This document shows positions 29,820-39,599 of a DNA stretch of 64,000 nucleotides, one piece after another (position 1 is the first letter of the stretch; the number at the start of each line of letters is the position of its first letter). Below the pieces are notes generated by a model, which was not told the origin of the DNA, made no database searches, and saw nothing but the letters and a program-made list of their open reading frames with translations. Location: the IMG/VR virus record IMGVR_UViG_3300001598_000001, positions 1-64,000 of that record; one strand, written 5' to 3'. A program made the translations under genes and the position numbers. The stretch is from a virus. Its lineage: Duplodnaviria; Caudoviricetes.

Positions 29820-30200
29820 TTAATCTTTAATTTTTTGTGCAAAAACACAATCACACCAATTACTTTTATAATAAGCAACAGGTTGTAATTTTAATGGTGT
29901 AATATCATTTTTACTAGCAATAGCTTTAACGATATCACGAGTTTGACCAACTTCTTGAACCTTTTCATTTAGTTCTAAAATTTGATCTTCAGTAAGATTA
30001 CCCATACATATAATATGGTATAATTCATTACTGATAAATTTATCTTGAAGCCCTTGGATCTTTTGGGCCAAAGATTTCATTTCTATCCACTTGTTTGTGG
30101 TCCAAGAACTAAAAGATTTACTTTCTTCTGAAATGTATTGACCTTGATCAATTAAATCATTGATTTGATCAACAAGATAATTATAATTTTTTCTTTCCAT
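29820..30200 (-). CDS. hypothetical protein
   Basis: ORF with RBS. Confidence 0.7.
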   Translation of the reverse strand: MERKNYNYLVDQINDLIDQGQYISEESKSFSSWTTNKWIEMKSLAQKIQGLQDKFISNELYHIICMGNLTEDQILELNEKVQEVGQTRDIVKAIASKNDITPLKLQPVAYYKSNWCDCVFAQKIKD

Positions 30201-30217
30201 ACAACTACCTCCTCCGA

Positions 30218-30745
30218 TTACATTCCAAAAATTTTCGGATTAACATTTCGATTGTATTCAGAATTATTTGCGAGAGTTTCGCAAAGATTCATTCTGTCAT
30301 CATCAATATGTTTTTTATAATATTGATTACCTTTAGCAGTCAATACTCTAAATTCATAGTGATTTCCACTACATGGAGCATCATGATGCGTTTCATTTAA
30401 AACAAACACTCCATTATCATCGAACGACCATATTGGCCATATTGGGGTACTTTCGTCCATTATGATATTGCTGCAAGCATCTTTTAAACTACTATAGACC
30501 TTTCCACCACGTTGTGGACCCATCCAAGACATAAAATATCCTGTAACAACCACAGGCATGTCTTTTTCATTACCACATTCTGATAGAAAATTATGCCAAT
30601 CTTCTTCTAAAAGATAACTTATTTCATCATATGCTTCGTCATCAGAAACATCTTCTATGTTACGATCATTGCCTTCAGCAATTCCTTGTTTAATTTCATC
30701 AAGATTGTAATCACTAGAATCTAATATAAAAACAATTTTATCCAT
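30218..30745 (-). CDS. hypothetical protein
   Basis: ETHHD..NHYEFR. Confidence 0.7.
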   Translation of the reverse strand: MDKIVFILDSSDYNLDEIKQGIAEGNDRNIEDVSDDEAYDEISYLLEEDWHNFLSECGNEKDMPVVVTGYFMSWMGPQRGGKVYSSLKDACSNIIMDESTPIWPIWSFDDNGVFVLNETHHDAPCSGNHYEFRVLTAKGNQYYKKHIDDDRMNLCETLANNSEYNRNVNPKIFGM

Positions 30746-30763
30746 ATTTTCACCTCCTTATCT

Positions 30764-32134
30764 TTATGCGGCTCTAGGATGTTTTGCTTCCTGAGAGTCA
30801 TATATCAAATCAAACTTTTTAGCCCAAGCTTGAAGTGCTATATCTTGTTTAGCGGTTACAGGTTTATTACTTGCTTGTAAAGCTTGAGTAACGTTTTGAC
30901 CTACAACTTCAATAGTGACTTCTGAAATTTCTGGAGTTTCTTTATTTCTCATAAATAAGATATTACATCTTCCTTCAGTAAACTTATTAATATAAGAAGC
31001 TAAGCAATTAGCTTGTTGGTGTGCTTCTTCAATAAAGTCTTCTTTAGTTTGAGGAGCCAAGAAAGTATAATCTCCATCTTTCATAGTCCAAGTTAAACGA
31101 TCTGTGTCTTTAACTTGTTTTTCAAACAACTCTTCATTTATTTGTTCTCTTCTTAATTCATACTTATCACTCATTTGATCGTGATGAGTTTGAAGATTTT
31201 TAGGATATTTTTCTTTAACATATCCATAAACTTTTTCTTGCATGTTTAAATCGTCTTTCCATGTTCGAATAAATTCTCTGAAACTGGTTCTATAACCAAA
31301 TCTAATACCTGAATATAAACAATATTCTTTAAATTGATTATAATCTAATACAGATTTATGTCTGATAGAATTCTCGCGCTTATATTCTCTATAATAATAC
31401 GATCCTTCTGGATCTTGTATGCTGTCAAGATTGTAAACTGTTAATTCTAACTCATCCATAAAATCTCTAACATTGTTTAAACCAAAAGTTTCGATTAGGT
31501 CATACAAACTACAAGGGCAATATGTTAACATACGTAGCCCTGCTTGTTTATCGTAATATTCACGAATCAATGGTTTAATTACTGGAAACTGACGTAAATT
31601 ATCTTTAAGTCCTCTTAAATCAGCACTACTATTTCCATACCCTTCATCTGGTTTAAATTTAAATGAAGCATATTTACATATACCCATTTTAATAAATTCT
31701 TTATAATTCTTAATAAATTCCATCATAGGATTATAAAACTTTTTACCACTTCTAATAACTGGGGTCCAAAAATCTTCTATGGTTTGTTCCTCCATGCCAG
31801 AAGTAAAATCTGCATAGTTATCATCAGTTAATACTTCAATTGGATTATCTTCATTATTTAATAATCTAATAAAATAGCTGTCTTGAGAAACCATTACTAC
31901 TAATTGTTTAACAGTTCTAGCAGTGGTTTTAGTAATAGTAAAATCTGGATAATTAGCTTCTATTTTAAAACCAATTTCTGGTTTTAATGCATTAGAAGAG
32001 GTGGTAGTTTTCTCTTCTTTTTGTTTTAGAAGTTCACCAACCTCTCCTGAATTAAGTAATTTAGCAATTTGTGCTAGAGTTTTTACATCTACATCTTTTT
32101 GCATTAATAATTCTTTTAATTCTTCTTTTGTCAT
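30764..32134 (-). CDS. PcfJ-like domain protein
   Basis: KYPKNLQTHHD, EAHQQANCLASY, ILFMR..P..SEVTIEV. Confidence 0.8.
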   Translation of the reverse strand: MTKEELKELLMQKDVDVKTLAQIAKLLNSGEVGELLKQKEEKTTTSSNALKPEIGFKIEANYPDFTITKTTARTVKQLVVMVSQDSYFIRLLNNEDNPIEVLTDDNYADFTSGMEEQTIEDFWTPVIRSGKKFYNPMMEFIKNYKEFIKMGICKYASFKFKPDEGYGNSSADLRGLKDNLRQFPVIKPLIREYYDKQAGLRMLTYCPCSLYDLIETFGLNNVRDFMDELELTVYNLDSIQDPEGSYYYREYKRENSIRHKSVLDYNQFKEYCLYSGIRFGYRTSFREFIRTWKDDLNMQEKVYGYVKEKYPKNLQTHHDQMSDKYELRREQINEELFEKQVKDTDRLTWTMKDGDYTFLAPQTKEDFIEEAHQQANCLASYINKFTEGRCNILFMRNKETPEISEVTIEVVGQNVTQALQASNKPVTAKQDIALQAWAKKFDLIYDSQEAKHPRAA

Positions 32135-32150
32135 ATTTTTCCCTCCTTTA

Positions 32151-32336
32151 TTAATTTTCATCAATTTTAAATTCACCAACACGGTTGCCATTATAATCAA
32201 TAATAGCTCCATTGGTACGACCATTTTTAATTTGCTCTACTATGGTTTGTAGAGTTATAGCAACAGCTTCGAGACAAAGGTTTTCATCTTCATCTCTAAA
32301 AGCTGCATTACCAGTAGTAAATACTATAGTTACCAT
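32151..32336 (-). CDS. Small phage hypothetical protein
   Basis: TGNAAF..IIDYNGNRVG. Confidence 0.7.
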   Translation of the reverse strand: MVTIVFTTGNAAFRDEDENLCLEAVAITLQTIVEQIKNGRTNGAIIDYNGNRVGEFKIDEN

Positions 32337-32348
32337 ATTTATACCTCC

Positions 32349-34835
32349 TTATCTATTAGCGCATAAAGCACCATATTGTCCTTTAATAGATGTCTCAACA
32401 ACACTATTTTTATGAGCCTTAGCCCATCTTAATAAAAATTGTACAATTTCAGGTGTTGGATTACAATTTTGTAAACCATGAACTTGTCTTACAGTCCCGT
32501 CATTTAAAATTTCCATAGTAAAATATGGAGTTTCAATATCATTTTTCTTACGAATAAATAATACATTAGTAGTACCATTTGCAATTGGTTCTACGAATCC
32601 ACCTACACAATGATGTAATTCAGATCCTTCACGAGTTAAATTTGCAATTGATTTAGGAGGAATAATACAAAGATCTTCTTTTTCATCGATCCATTCCCAA
32701 TCTTTAACTCTTTTAAGAGCTTTGTCAAAAGCAGCAGCTTTAGCAGCATCTTGATATCTTGTAATTATATCACTTATATAATCATGCAGATGTTGTAAGT
32801 GCTTGTCATCATTTGGTCTAACAAGATAAACTTTAGGATCCCAAAGATCTGGTCTGTTGATTCTTGTTGCTAATAATTCTAAACGCTCTCTCATATTGAG
32901 ATAATCATTATAAGTTGTAGGATCGGAGAATTTTACCATGAATTTAATTTTATCTTTTGGAGATAATTTATCCATGATTTCTTTGACCCCTCCACGAGAG
33001 TAATCAGACAAATTATGAGAACCATAATAGTTTCTTCGATTTACCATAGCCTCTCTATTATTTTTAATAAAATTTAATACTAATTGAAACGTATCTAAAT
33101 CTAAACAATTTAGATCTCCAATTATTTTACTTATATTATATAATGGTGGAATAACACTATCATCACTGAAACAATCTCCATCTGGATGATCAATCATTTG
33201 TTTATTAATTGATTCTTGACAAAAATTATTTACTAAACTTAATTGCTTATTAGATAGTAAAAATACTTCTTTCGCATTTTTACCCTTGGAATTAATTGCC
33301 ATTTGTCCATGGTAATCGCCATAATATTTCTTTGTATTGCTTAAGTCTCTTAAACAATCAGCAGAAGTTAAACCTCCTACTAACAATATAGCAGCTAATA
33401 ATCCAATATTGTTGGTTTTAATTAATTGTTCACACACAACATCTTTTTGGGAACATAATAAACTAAATCCAATACTAGACCAGGTATTAGGAGTAATTGC
33501 ATCTTGAATTTTAATCCATTTATTAGAAGATGTACTAACCCAATTACTCGTATCATTATATCTGTAAATATGTTTAGTAATAAATAATACTTCTGGTTTT
33601 TGATCTAATAATAATTTAATATTAGTATTGTCCCAAACTTCATCAAATGATTTTAAATAAGTTATACTATGTGGAATAACATTATCATATTTTTGATGCC
33701 AATTATTATCATTATTGTTTTTAGTGGCAGTAGAAAATAATTTTGTAATAGTTCTTTCACTAGCGACACTACTAGTATAACAACCATGAGGATTTCCAGT
33801 AATTATTTTCTTTTTACCTGTGATGGTATTTAAAAGTAATAAATTCTTTTGATGACTTTGTCCTGATATTTGAGTAATCAAGATATATTCATTTTGTCTA
33901 TCAAAATATAATTCTAATGTACGTTCTGGATATTGAATATTCAAAGAATTAATTAAATTGTCTAAATTAGTTTTTGCAGTTTGACTGCTTTGTGTTACAC
34001 TTGTTCCGTTAGGACAGTATAATAAAGTTAATAGGTCTGTCCAATTGGTAATAACTTCTTTATCAGTTTTTGCAACATAATTGGCACTAATAGTTGGTTT
34101 GTCATATGAACTTAGTTGAAAAAATTCTTTTAACTTTTCTTGAGTTTCTGGAGCAAAATCAAGATCTTTATCATTTTTATCGTATGATTTAACACCAAAA
34201 ACTTTGTTATTGGCCAAGTCTGGAATGTATCCATCATAAACCCCAACATATTTATTACCTTGTTTGCTTTTTACACGATAATATTCTGGAATTTCTTCGA
34301 CATTTTTAACTATAAGAAAAACTTTGTGTCCATTCTGATCTAACTTTTTTAACATTTCAGCATTACGCTGAGAAGTAAGAGATTCATTGTCTCTTAATCT
34401 ATTATAACGACTACCATTTGGAGAAATTACATATCTTACAATATCTCCATTAATATTAGTCATAGTTTTTAAAAAGACAGCAGTACCATCTTTAAAAATG
34501 ACTAAACCACCGCCATAATATCCTGGTCCAGAATAAAGATGAGGATTTTGTTTATAATCTCCGACTCTATTTAGAACCATATAACGCTGTATTTCAATAC
34601 AATTTTCATAAAATATAAAACTACAGCTTGTTAACGTCCAAAATCCTTGTGTTTGATGTATAACAATTGGATTCTTCAAATTTTTACAAACTCTTTGATT
34701 GAAATAGTCTGTACGAGACAAACGGCCAAAAGGTTCTTCGGATTTTTTGCTGCGATCAAACCTGTCTCCTTTACTGGTATAATAAATACCAGATTCTGTT
34801 ACTAAAACAGTGTCTCTTTTTGTAATATCTATCAT
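32349..34835 (-). CDS. Large PcfJ-like domain protein
   Basis: YNDYLNM, LHD, REGSELHHCVGGF, LFIRK..TPYFTMEI, QVHGLQN. Confidence 0.85.
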   Translation of the reverse strand: MIDITKRDTVLVTESGIYYTSKGDRFDRSKKSEEPFGRLSRTDYFNQRVCKNLKNPIVIHQTQGFWTLTSCSFIFYENCIEIQRYMVLNRVGDYKQNPHLYSGPGYYGGGLVIFKDGTAVFLKTMTNINGDIVRYVISPNGSRYNRLRDNESLTSQRNAEMLKKLDQNGHKVFLIVKNVEEIPEYYRVKSKQGNKYVGVYDGYIPDLANNKVFGVKSYDKNDKDLDFAPETQEKLKEFFQLSSYDKPTISANYVAKTDKEVITNWTDLLTLLYCPNGTSVTQSSQTAKTNLDNLINSLNIQYPERTLELYFDRQNEYILITQISGQSHQKNLLLLNTITGKKKIITGNPHGCYTSSVASERTITKLFSTATKNNNDNNWHQKYDNVIPHSITYLKSFDEVWDNTNIKLLLDQKPEVLFITKHIYRYNDTSNWVSTSSNKWIKIQDAITPNTWSSIGFSLLCSQKDVVCEQLIKTNNIGLLAAILLVGGLTSADCLRDLSNTKKYYGDYHGQMAINSKGKNAKEVFLLSNKQLSLVNNFCQESINKQMIDHPDGDCFSDDSVIPPLYNISKIIGDLNCLDLDTFQLVLNFIKNNREAMVNRRNYYGSHNLSDYSRGGVKEIMDKLSPKDKIKFMVKFSDPTTYNDYLNMRERLELLATRINRPDLWDPKVYLVRPNDDKHLQHLHDYISDIITRYQDAAKAAAFDKALKRVKDWEWIDEKEDLCIIPPKSIANLTREGSELHHCVGGFVEPIANGTTNVLFIRKKNDIETPYFTMEILNDGTVRQVHGLQNCNPTPEIVQFLLRWAKAHKNSVVETSIKGQYGALCANR

Positions 34836-34855
34836 ATTGTTGTTTCCTCCTTATA

Positions 34856-35284
34856 TTATTGGACTCTAGTAAGTCCTCCTCCAAACGCTTGAACGCAAAT
34901 GGTTCCATATTCTGAAAAGTCAGGAACACTTTTATTCCAAACATAAGCATATGGAAAGAATTTTGTTCCATTGGCTTCTAATTTATCATCTACTTCATCT
35001 TCTCTATATTTAGAAACGATGAGTAATGAATAACATTCGCCAAATTCAAATATTTCGTGAGTAGCGGCATATACCATGTCTCCTGTTCTTTCTTCATAAG
35101 CACAAATATAATCTTCTAATTCTTTTTCGCCGTTATCAGCGGTTGCATAATAACCACCGAATCTTTCAAAAAAGGTAATTACACCCTTTTCTTCAAAAGC
35201 TTTAATATATGGTTTATAAATATCCATTTGTTTTAATCTAATTAAAGCTAATGTTTTTTGTTCTTCTTTTGTTAATAATTCCAT
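34856..35284 (-). CDS. hypothetical protein
   Basis: YAYVWN..FSEYG; GGAGG RBS. Confidence 0.7.
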   Translation of the reverse strand: MELLTKEEQKTLALIRLKQMDIYKPYIKAFEEKGVITFFERFGGYYATADNGEKELEDYICAYEERTGDMVYAATHEIFEFGECYSLLIVSKYREDEVDDKLEANGTKFFPYAYVWNKSVPDFSEYGTICVQAFGGGLTRVQ

Positions 35285-35435
35285 AATTTTAATTTCCTCC
35301 TTTATGAAATGTAACAAACAACAAATGAACCTAATTGGTTCTTCAATCGTCTGTATAAATAAAACGTTCTTTTTATTCTGGGAACGTTATAGACCAGAGA
35401 ATATTTTTATAGAATATTCAAACTATTGATGAAAA

Positions 35436-36020
35436 TTACCAATCTTCTTCTTCATCATCGTCATAGTCGTCGTAATCATCGTCGTAACAATCATCACAAT
35501 CACAACTACAGGCAGCTCTTTCTTCAAGAATAGCAGTTTTTGCTTTTTCAACTAATAAAGCATCAATTGCTTCTTCTGGTAAAGTAATACCAGTTAATTC
35601 TTCTGGAAGGCAAGCAAGCTCTTCATTGTTAAGAGTGTAAATTTTATTAGTTTCATAACTAATCATTAATTTAACTCCTTCAACTTCAACTTCTTTGGAT
35701 GGTTTAATACCAGCTTCAGTAGTTTTACAAGCAGTTTGAATATAAGACATTGTTTTATAAACATTTCCACCTGTGGCTTTTAAAGCTTCTCTTAAAAGCT
35801 TTTCACAGGCTTTCTTATCACTTTCGGTAACATAACCAAAAGCTAAAGCTTTACATGGTTCACCATCAATAACTGGTGTACAATATCCATATCCATTGCT
35901 TTGAAATTGGATGGTAAATTCAGTTTGATTGAGTTCACCTTCATGTGTGTTGATTTCAACACTAGTTGCAGTTGCAACTGCTTCTTCTGCGTCAACTAAG
36001 ACTTTCTTTTCATTTTCCAT
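35436..36020 (-). CDS. Hypothetical protein with highly acidic C-terminus
   Basis: GGAGG RBS; ends DDDYDDYDDDEEEDW. Confidence 0.75.
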   Translation of the reverse strand: MENEKKVLVDAEEAVATATSVEINTHEGELNQTEFTIQFQSNGYGYCTPVIDGEPCKALAFGYVTESDKKACEKLLREALKATGGNVYKTMSYIQTACKTTEAGIKPSKEVEVEGVKLMISYETNKIYTLNNEELACLPEELTGITLPEEAIDALLVEKAKTAILEERAACSCDCDDCYDDDYDDYDDDEEEDW

Positions 36021-36206
36021 ATTAATACCTCCTATATTGTATCAGTTCTTGAAATTATCTCCGCTGCCTGGTCGAATGGATCGCCAGGATTTATTGCCTT
36101 ATTCTATGGTAACTGACATAAACCCATATTAATATTAATTATTTAACGACGCTAATATTAAAACGTCTATATAATAACAGAGATATAATCCCTGGGGTTT
36201 TAATAC

Positions 36207-36389
36207 CTATTGTATTGTAAAACCACTTTTAAGTATATCTACCAACTCCCAAACCATTAGTGTATCTGTTAAAATAGGACTATAGTTTTTACAAAACAAT
36301 CCATCATCCTGTTTAATAAAATCAGTTTGATCGTTGTGATATTTCAATATTGTACCATTTGGTAATGCTTTAATTTCTTCTAATGTCAT
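36207..36389 (-). CDS. hypothetical protein
   Basis: GGAGG RBS. Confidence 0.6.
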   Translation of the reverse strand: MTLEEIKALPNGTILKYHNDQTDFIKQDDGLFCKNYSPILTDTLMVWELVDILKSGFTIQ

Positions 36390-36407
36390 AGCTTTTCCTC
36401 CTTATTT

Positions 36408-37988
36408 TTAATTTAAACTTTGTAAAATTAATTCTATTGGTTCATAATTTTCTGTTGAACCTATCAAAGTAATAATACCATTTTCAATATGATAATTATA
36501 ATTTGTTGTGGATAAAACATCAAAAGTTTGAATTGTTCTATTATTAATTAAAACCAAATCTTCTCCAATAATTTCAGACAATACTTCTTTTTCTCCACCA
36601 CTACAATGATCAATAATATTATAATAAGCTATAATACTATTATTACTGTATACTAATAAAATATCATCACTATGCATAAAACATGAATTAATAGCATAAT
36701 TATGTAAATCAAATGGATATATATCTTTTTGTTGATATACACCTGTAATTATATCAATTGTAGCAAACAATGTAGTAAAGACATTATATCCACTTTGATA
36801 ATGTTTATGTTGATTGGTTAAATAAATTAATCCATTTTCAATTTTATATGGATGTTCATTAACGAATCCATCTTCTAAAAATCTATTTGGAATTTTAAGT
36901 TGATCAAATATGTCGGTAGTAGTTAAATCGCGCATTGTGAAATCTTCTTGCATTAATTTAAAACTATCATATGCGTTTCCGTCCCAGTGACCTAAAATCA
37001 TTTCATGGGTATTAGTCATAAAAGGAATATTAGATACTGAACTAGTATTACAATTCTTTTCTTTTACAAAAACAAAGTGTTTTTCTGTATCTATTCTATC
37101 AATTTTATCATTCCAAATGTAATAGAACCCATATTTATCCTTCCAAATATCATAAACTATAACATTTGGATTTTGAATTACTGGAATGATTTTTAATTCA
37201 TCATTTTCTAAAACAAAATCATAATAACTATTACTATTTGATTGTATTTGAACCAAACCATTATAGATATTATAAATGTGTTCTTTGATTGAATAAATTT
37301 TTCCAGTAGTATTGTTTATCAAATATGATTGTCTAGTGTTATCAGAATAATAATCACATAAATCATATAAATCTATTCCATCATCATTCATTCCTAAACT
37401 ATGTCTTTGACTCATACCCATTGGTACAAATGACATAAATGTAAATTTAGTACCAACATAAAGTTTATCAATTTCAGAACTCAACTCCTCTTGAGTGATT
37501 TCAATTTGATCATCTGGATCAACTCCATTAACATCTCTAGAAATATTTGTAATAGTTTTAGTAAAAGTAATTTCTATTAATTGGTTGTTTTCAATTATTG
37601 GATCATCAGCAGTAATTTCTTCTGTTGATCCTACTAAAACATATCTTGGTAAAATTTCTTCTTCTGGAGTTTCTTCTTCGGATTCACTTTCATTACCCGA
37701 TTCTGGTTCAACTTCTGCACTTAGTTTTTTAATTCCAAGTTGTTTCATACCTGATATATTAGCAGTTAATCCTTCTAGGGTATCCAAGGTTTCGATTGAA
37801 GCATTAGATACTGTAGTTGTATTAGCACTAACATGGTCTTTTATTGTACTAATGGTATTGATAATTGTGGTGGTGTTGCTTGGTGTACAACATACACTTA
37901 TCATACTTAAACCTATTAAAGTACAAATAATTGAGTGTTGCAAAATTTTCTTTGCAATATTTGTGTTTGTATTATTTTTCTTATTCAT
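36408..37988 (-). CDS. Putative membrane-anchored or secreted protein
   Basis: Basic N-terminus plus hydrophobic stretch ending SVCC; beta-rich body. Confidence 0.75.
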   Translation of the reverse strand: MNKKNNTNTNIAKKILQHSIICTLIGLSMISVCCTPSNTTTIINTISTIKDHVSANTTTVSNASIETLDTLEGLTANISGMKQLGIKKLSAEVEPESGNESESEEETPEEEILPRYVLVGSTEEITADDPIIENNQLIEITFTKTITNISRDVNGVDPDDQIEITQEELSSEIDKLYVGTKFTFMSFVPMGMSQRHSLGMNDDGIDLYDLCDYYSDNTRQSYLINNTTGKIYSIKEHIYNIYNGLVQIQSNSNSYYDFVLENDELKIIPVIQNPNVIVYDIWKDKYGFYYIWNDKIDRIDTEKHFVFVKEKNCNTSSVSNIPFMTNTHEMILGHWDGNAYDSFKLMQEDFTMRDLTTTDIFDQLKIPNRFLEDGFVNEHPYKIENGLIYLTNQHKHYQSGYNVFTTLFATIDIITGVYQQKDIYPFDLHNYAINSCFMHSDDILLVYSNNSIIAYYNIIDHCSGGEKEVLSEIIGEDLVLINNRTIQTFDVLSTTNYNYHIENGIITLIGSTENYEPIELILQSLN

Positions 37989-38059
37989 ATTCTTTCCTCC
38001 TTTTAATTACAATAACAAACAGATTTTAGTTAACGTCGACAATCCTAACCGACACAAGA

Positions 38060-38245
38060 TTACCAACACTTTCTGTTATTCTTAGCTTTTTTCTTAGCTT
38101 TAATTGTTTTATCAAAGTTAATTTTTGCGTAATCTTTTTTACCGTAAGATTTTGCATTTTGTGCGGTTTTGGACCCAGATTTTCTGGTCTTTACAAAACC
38201 ACCAACTTCATAATCTTCATAATCTTCATAATTAAAGTACATCAT
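38060..38245 (-). CDS. Small basic protein
   Basis: GGAGG RBS. Confidence 0.6.
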   Translation of the reverse strand: MMYFNYEDYEDYEVGGFVKTRKSGSKTAQNAKSYGKKDYAKINFDKTIKAKKKAKNNRKCW

Positions 38246-38360
38246 TGTTATTTCCTCCTATAGATGTATATAATTCTTTATATGGTAGAATTACACCACT
38301 TGCTATAACGGGCAGGTCCCAGTGTTGTTTCCAACACTAAAAAATATAATGTATAATAAA

Positions 38361-38726
38361 CTAATTCCAGTAGTCTGCTTCAACAGTTTCATAAAAACCA
38401 CCATCTTTTAACAGCTCTGTTTCTCCATATTCATTAATACGACTCAATGGTAGCATTAATGATTCATCTTCCTCATCATTAGATATAAGAGCAATCGATT
38501 CTCGATCAATATAAAATCTTATAACATCTTCTCCTAAAGTATATCCATTTATTTTATATACTTTGTATAAAAAACGCATAAATGCTTGATCAATTGAAAC
38601 GGCTTGTACTATCATTTCAATATAATAAGCATTTTCATGATAGTCATAATAATAGCCATTATAGCTATATGACTGTAGTTCTTTTTTCATAGAATTCCTT
38701 TCTATTCGACAGGTTTTTCTTTCCAT
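38361..38726 (-). CDS. hypothetical protein (start may be 38690)
   Basis: ORF. Confidence 0.6.
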   Translation of the reverse strand: MERKTCRIERNSMKKELQSYSYNGYYYDYHENAYYIEMIVQAVSIDQAFMRFLYKVYKINGYTLGEDVIRFYIDRESIALISNDEEDESLMLPLSRINEYGETELLKDGGFYETVEADYWN

Positions 38727-38879
38727 GGAATAAAAAATAAAATATTCTTTATTTCATTAAACAAAAACTTATTGAATTTTTTAAAGTCACCTGTAAACAA
38801 TGTGACTATTTCGATTAATACCAATGCAAATAAAGCATACATACATGCTATTAACCATAGATAGAATAAAGTTTTCATT

Positions 38880-39197
38880 TTATTCTCCTTTCTTGTTTAC
38901 GCTTAAAAGCGTATAAATGTCGTGCATTTTGTGAACAGCGTTTTGATAGTGTTGTTCAATTTCTTCTAGTTGCATAATGGCAACATTGATGCCTAGTGTA
39001 GTTAAATCTACATTAAGACATTCAGTTTGTAGGAAATCTGGATGTTCATCTTTTAGTGTAAGACTATTATAATCCTTAATTTCCTTAGATTGTGGGTAAT
39101 TAACCCAGAGTTGAGCTTTTTCTGTGCCAAGTGTATTGGCTTTAATTGAAAAACCAAGCTCTTTTAATTTTTCAATCTTTTCTTTTAAAGTACACAT
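38880..39197 (-). CDS. hypothetical protein
   Basis: GGAGG RBS; first gene of the 18-39 kb block. Confidence 0.7.
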   Translation of the reverse strand: MCTLKEKIEKLKELGFSIKANTLGTEKAQLWVNYPQSKEIKDYNSLTLKDEHPDFLQTECLNVDLTTLGINVAIMQLEEIEQHYQNAVHKMHDIYTLLSVNKKGE

Positions 39198-39573
39198 GTT
39201 ATATTTTTCCTCCTTTGTACTTATTGAGCTTTATTCGCTCATTAAAACCCTCAATATATTTTAATTGAAAGTTTTAATGAAGGAATAAATCCTTCATTTA
39301 AGCAATAAAATTATTAACTTCGGAATTATTTTGAAAACTCCAAAAGTTATTATTCCATATTAAATTTACTTCTAAATATTCGTTAGATTTAATTAGTGTT
39401 AAATCGGAGTGATTTTTATTTAAAACAAAATCAATATGGTTTTTGTTTAGCCACTCTATTAAACTTGCTAAACAACTTTCATTAAATACTCCATTAAAAT
39501 GTCTAATTTACATTTTTCATTTCATTAAATGATTCTATTTTATTCTTATCTGGTCTCCGTCTCCACCCGACAT

Positions 39574-39599
39574 AAAAAAAAGAAGGGTTCTCCCCTTCT
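39574..39599 (-). terminator. Intrinsic terminator ending the RNA polymerase operon
   Basis: AGAAGGG-GAGAA-CCCTTCT + T run on the minus strand. Confidence 0.75.

Noticed and set aside
38010-38056. Pistol ribozyme or preQ1-like pseudoknot on the minus strand (GTCGG-TTAG..TCGAC..CTAA)
   Set aside because: Only a short stem and a 4-bp potential pseudoknot; the conserved catalytic or ligand-binding nucleotides are not matched.
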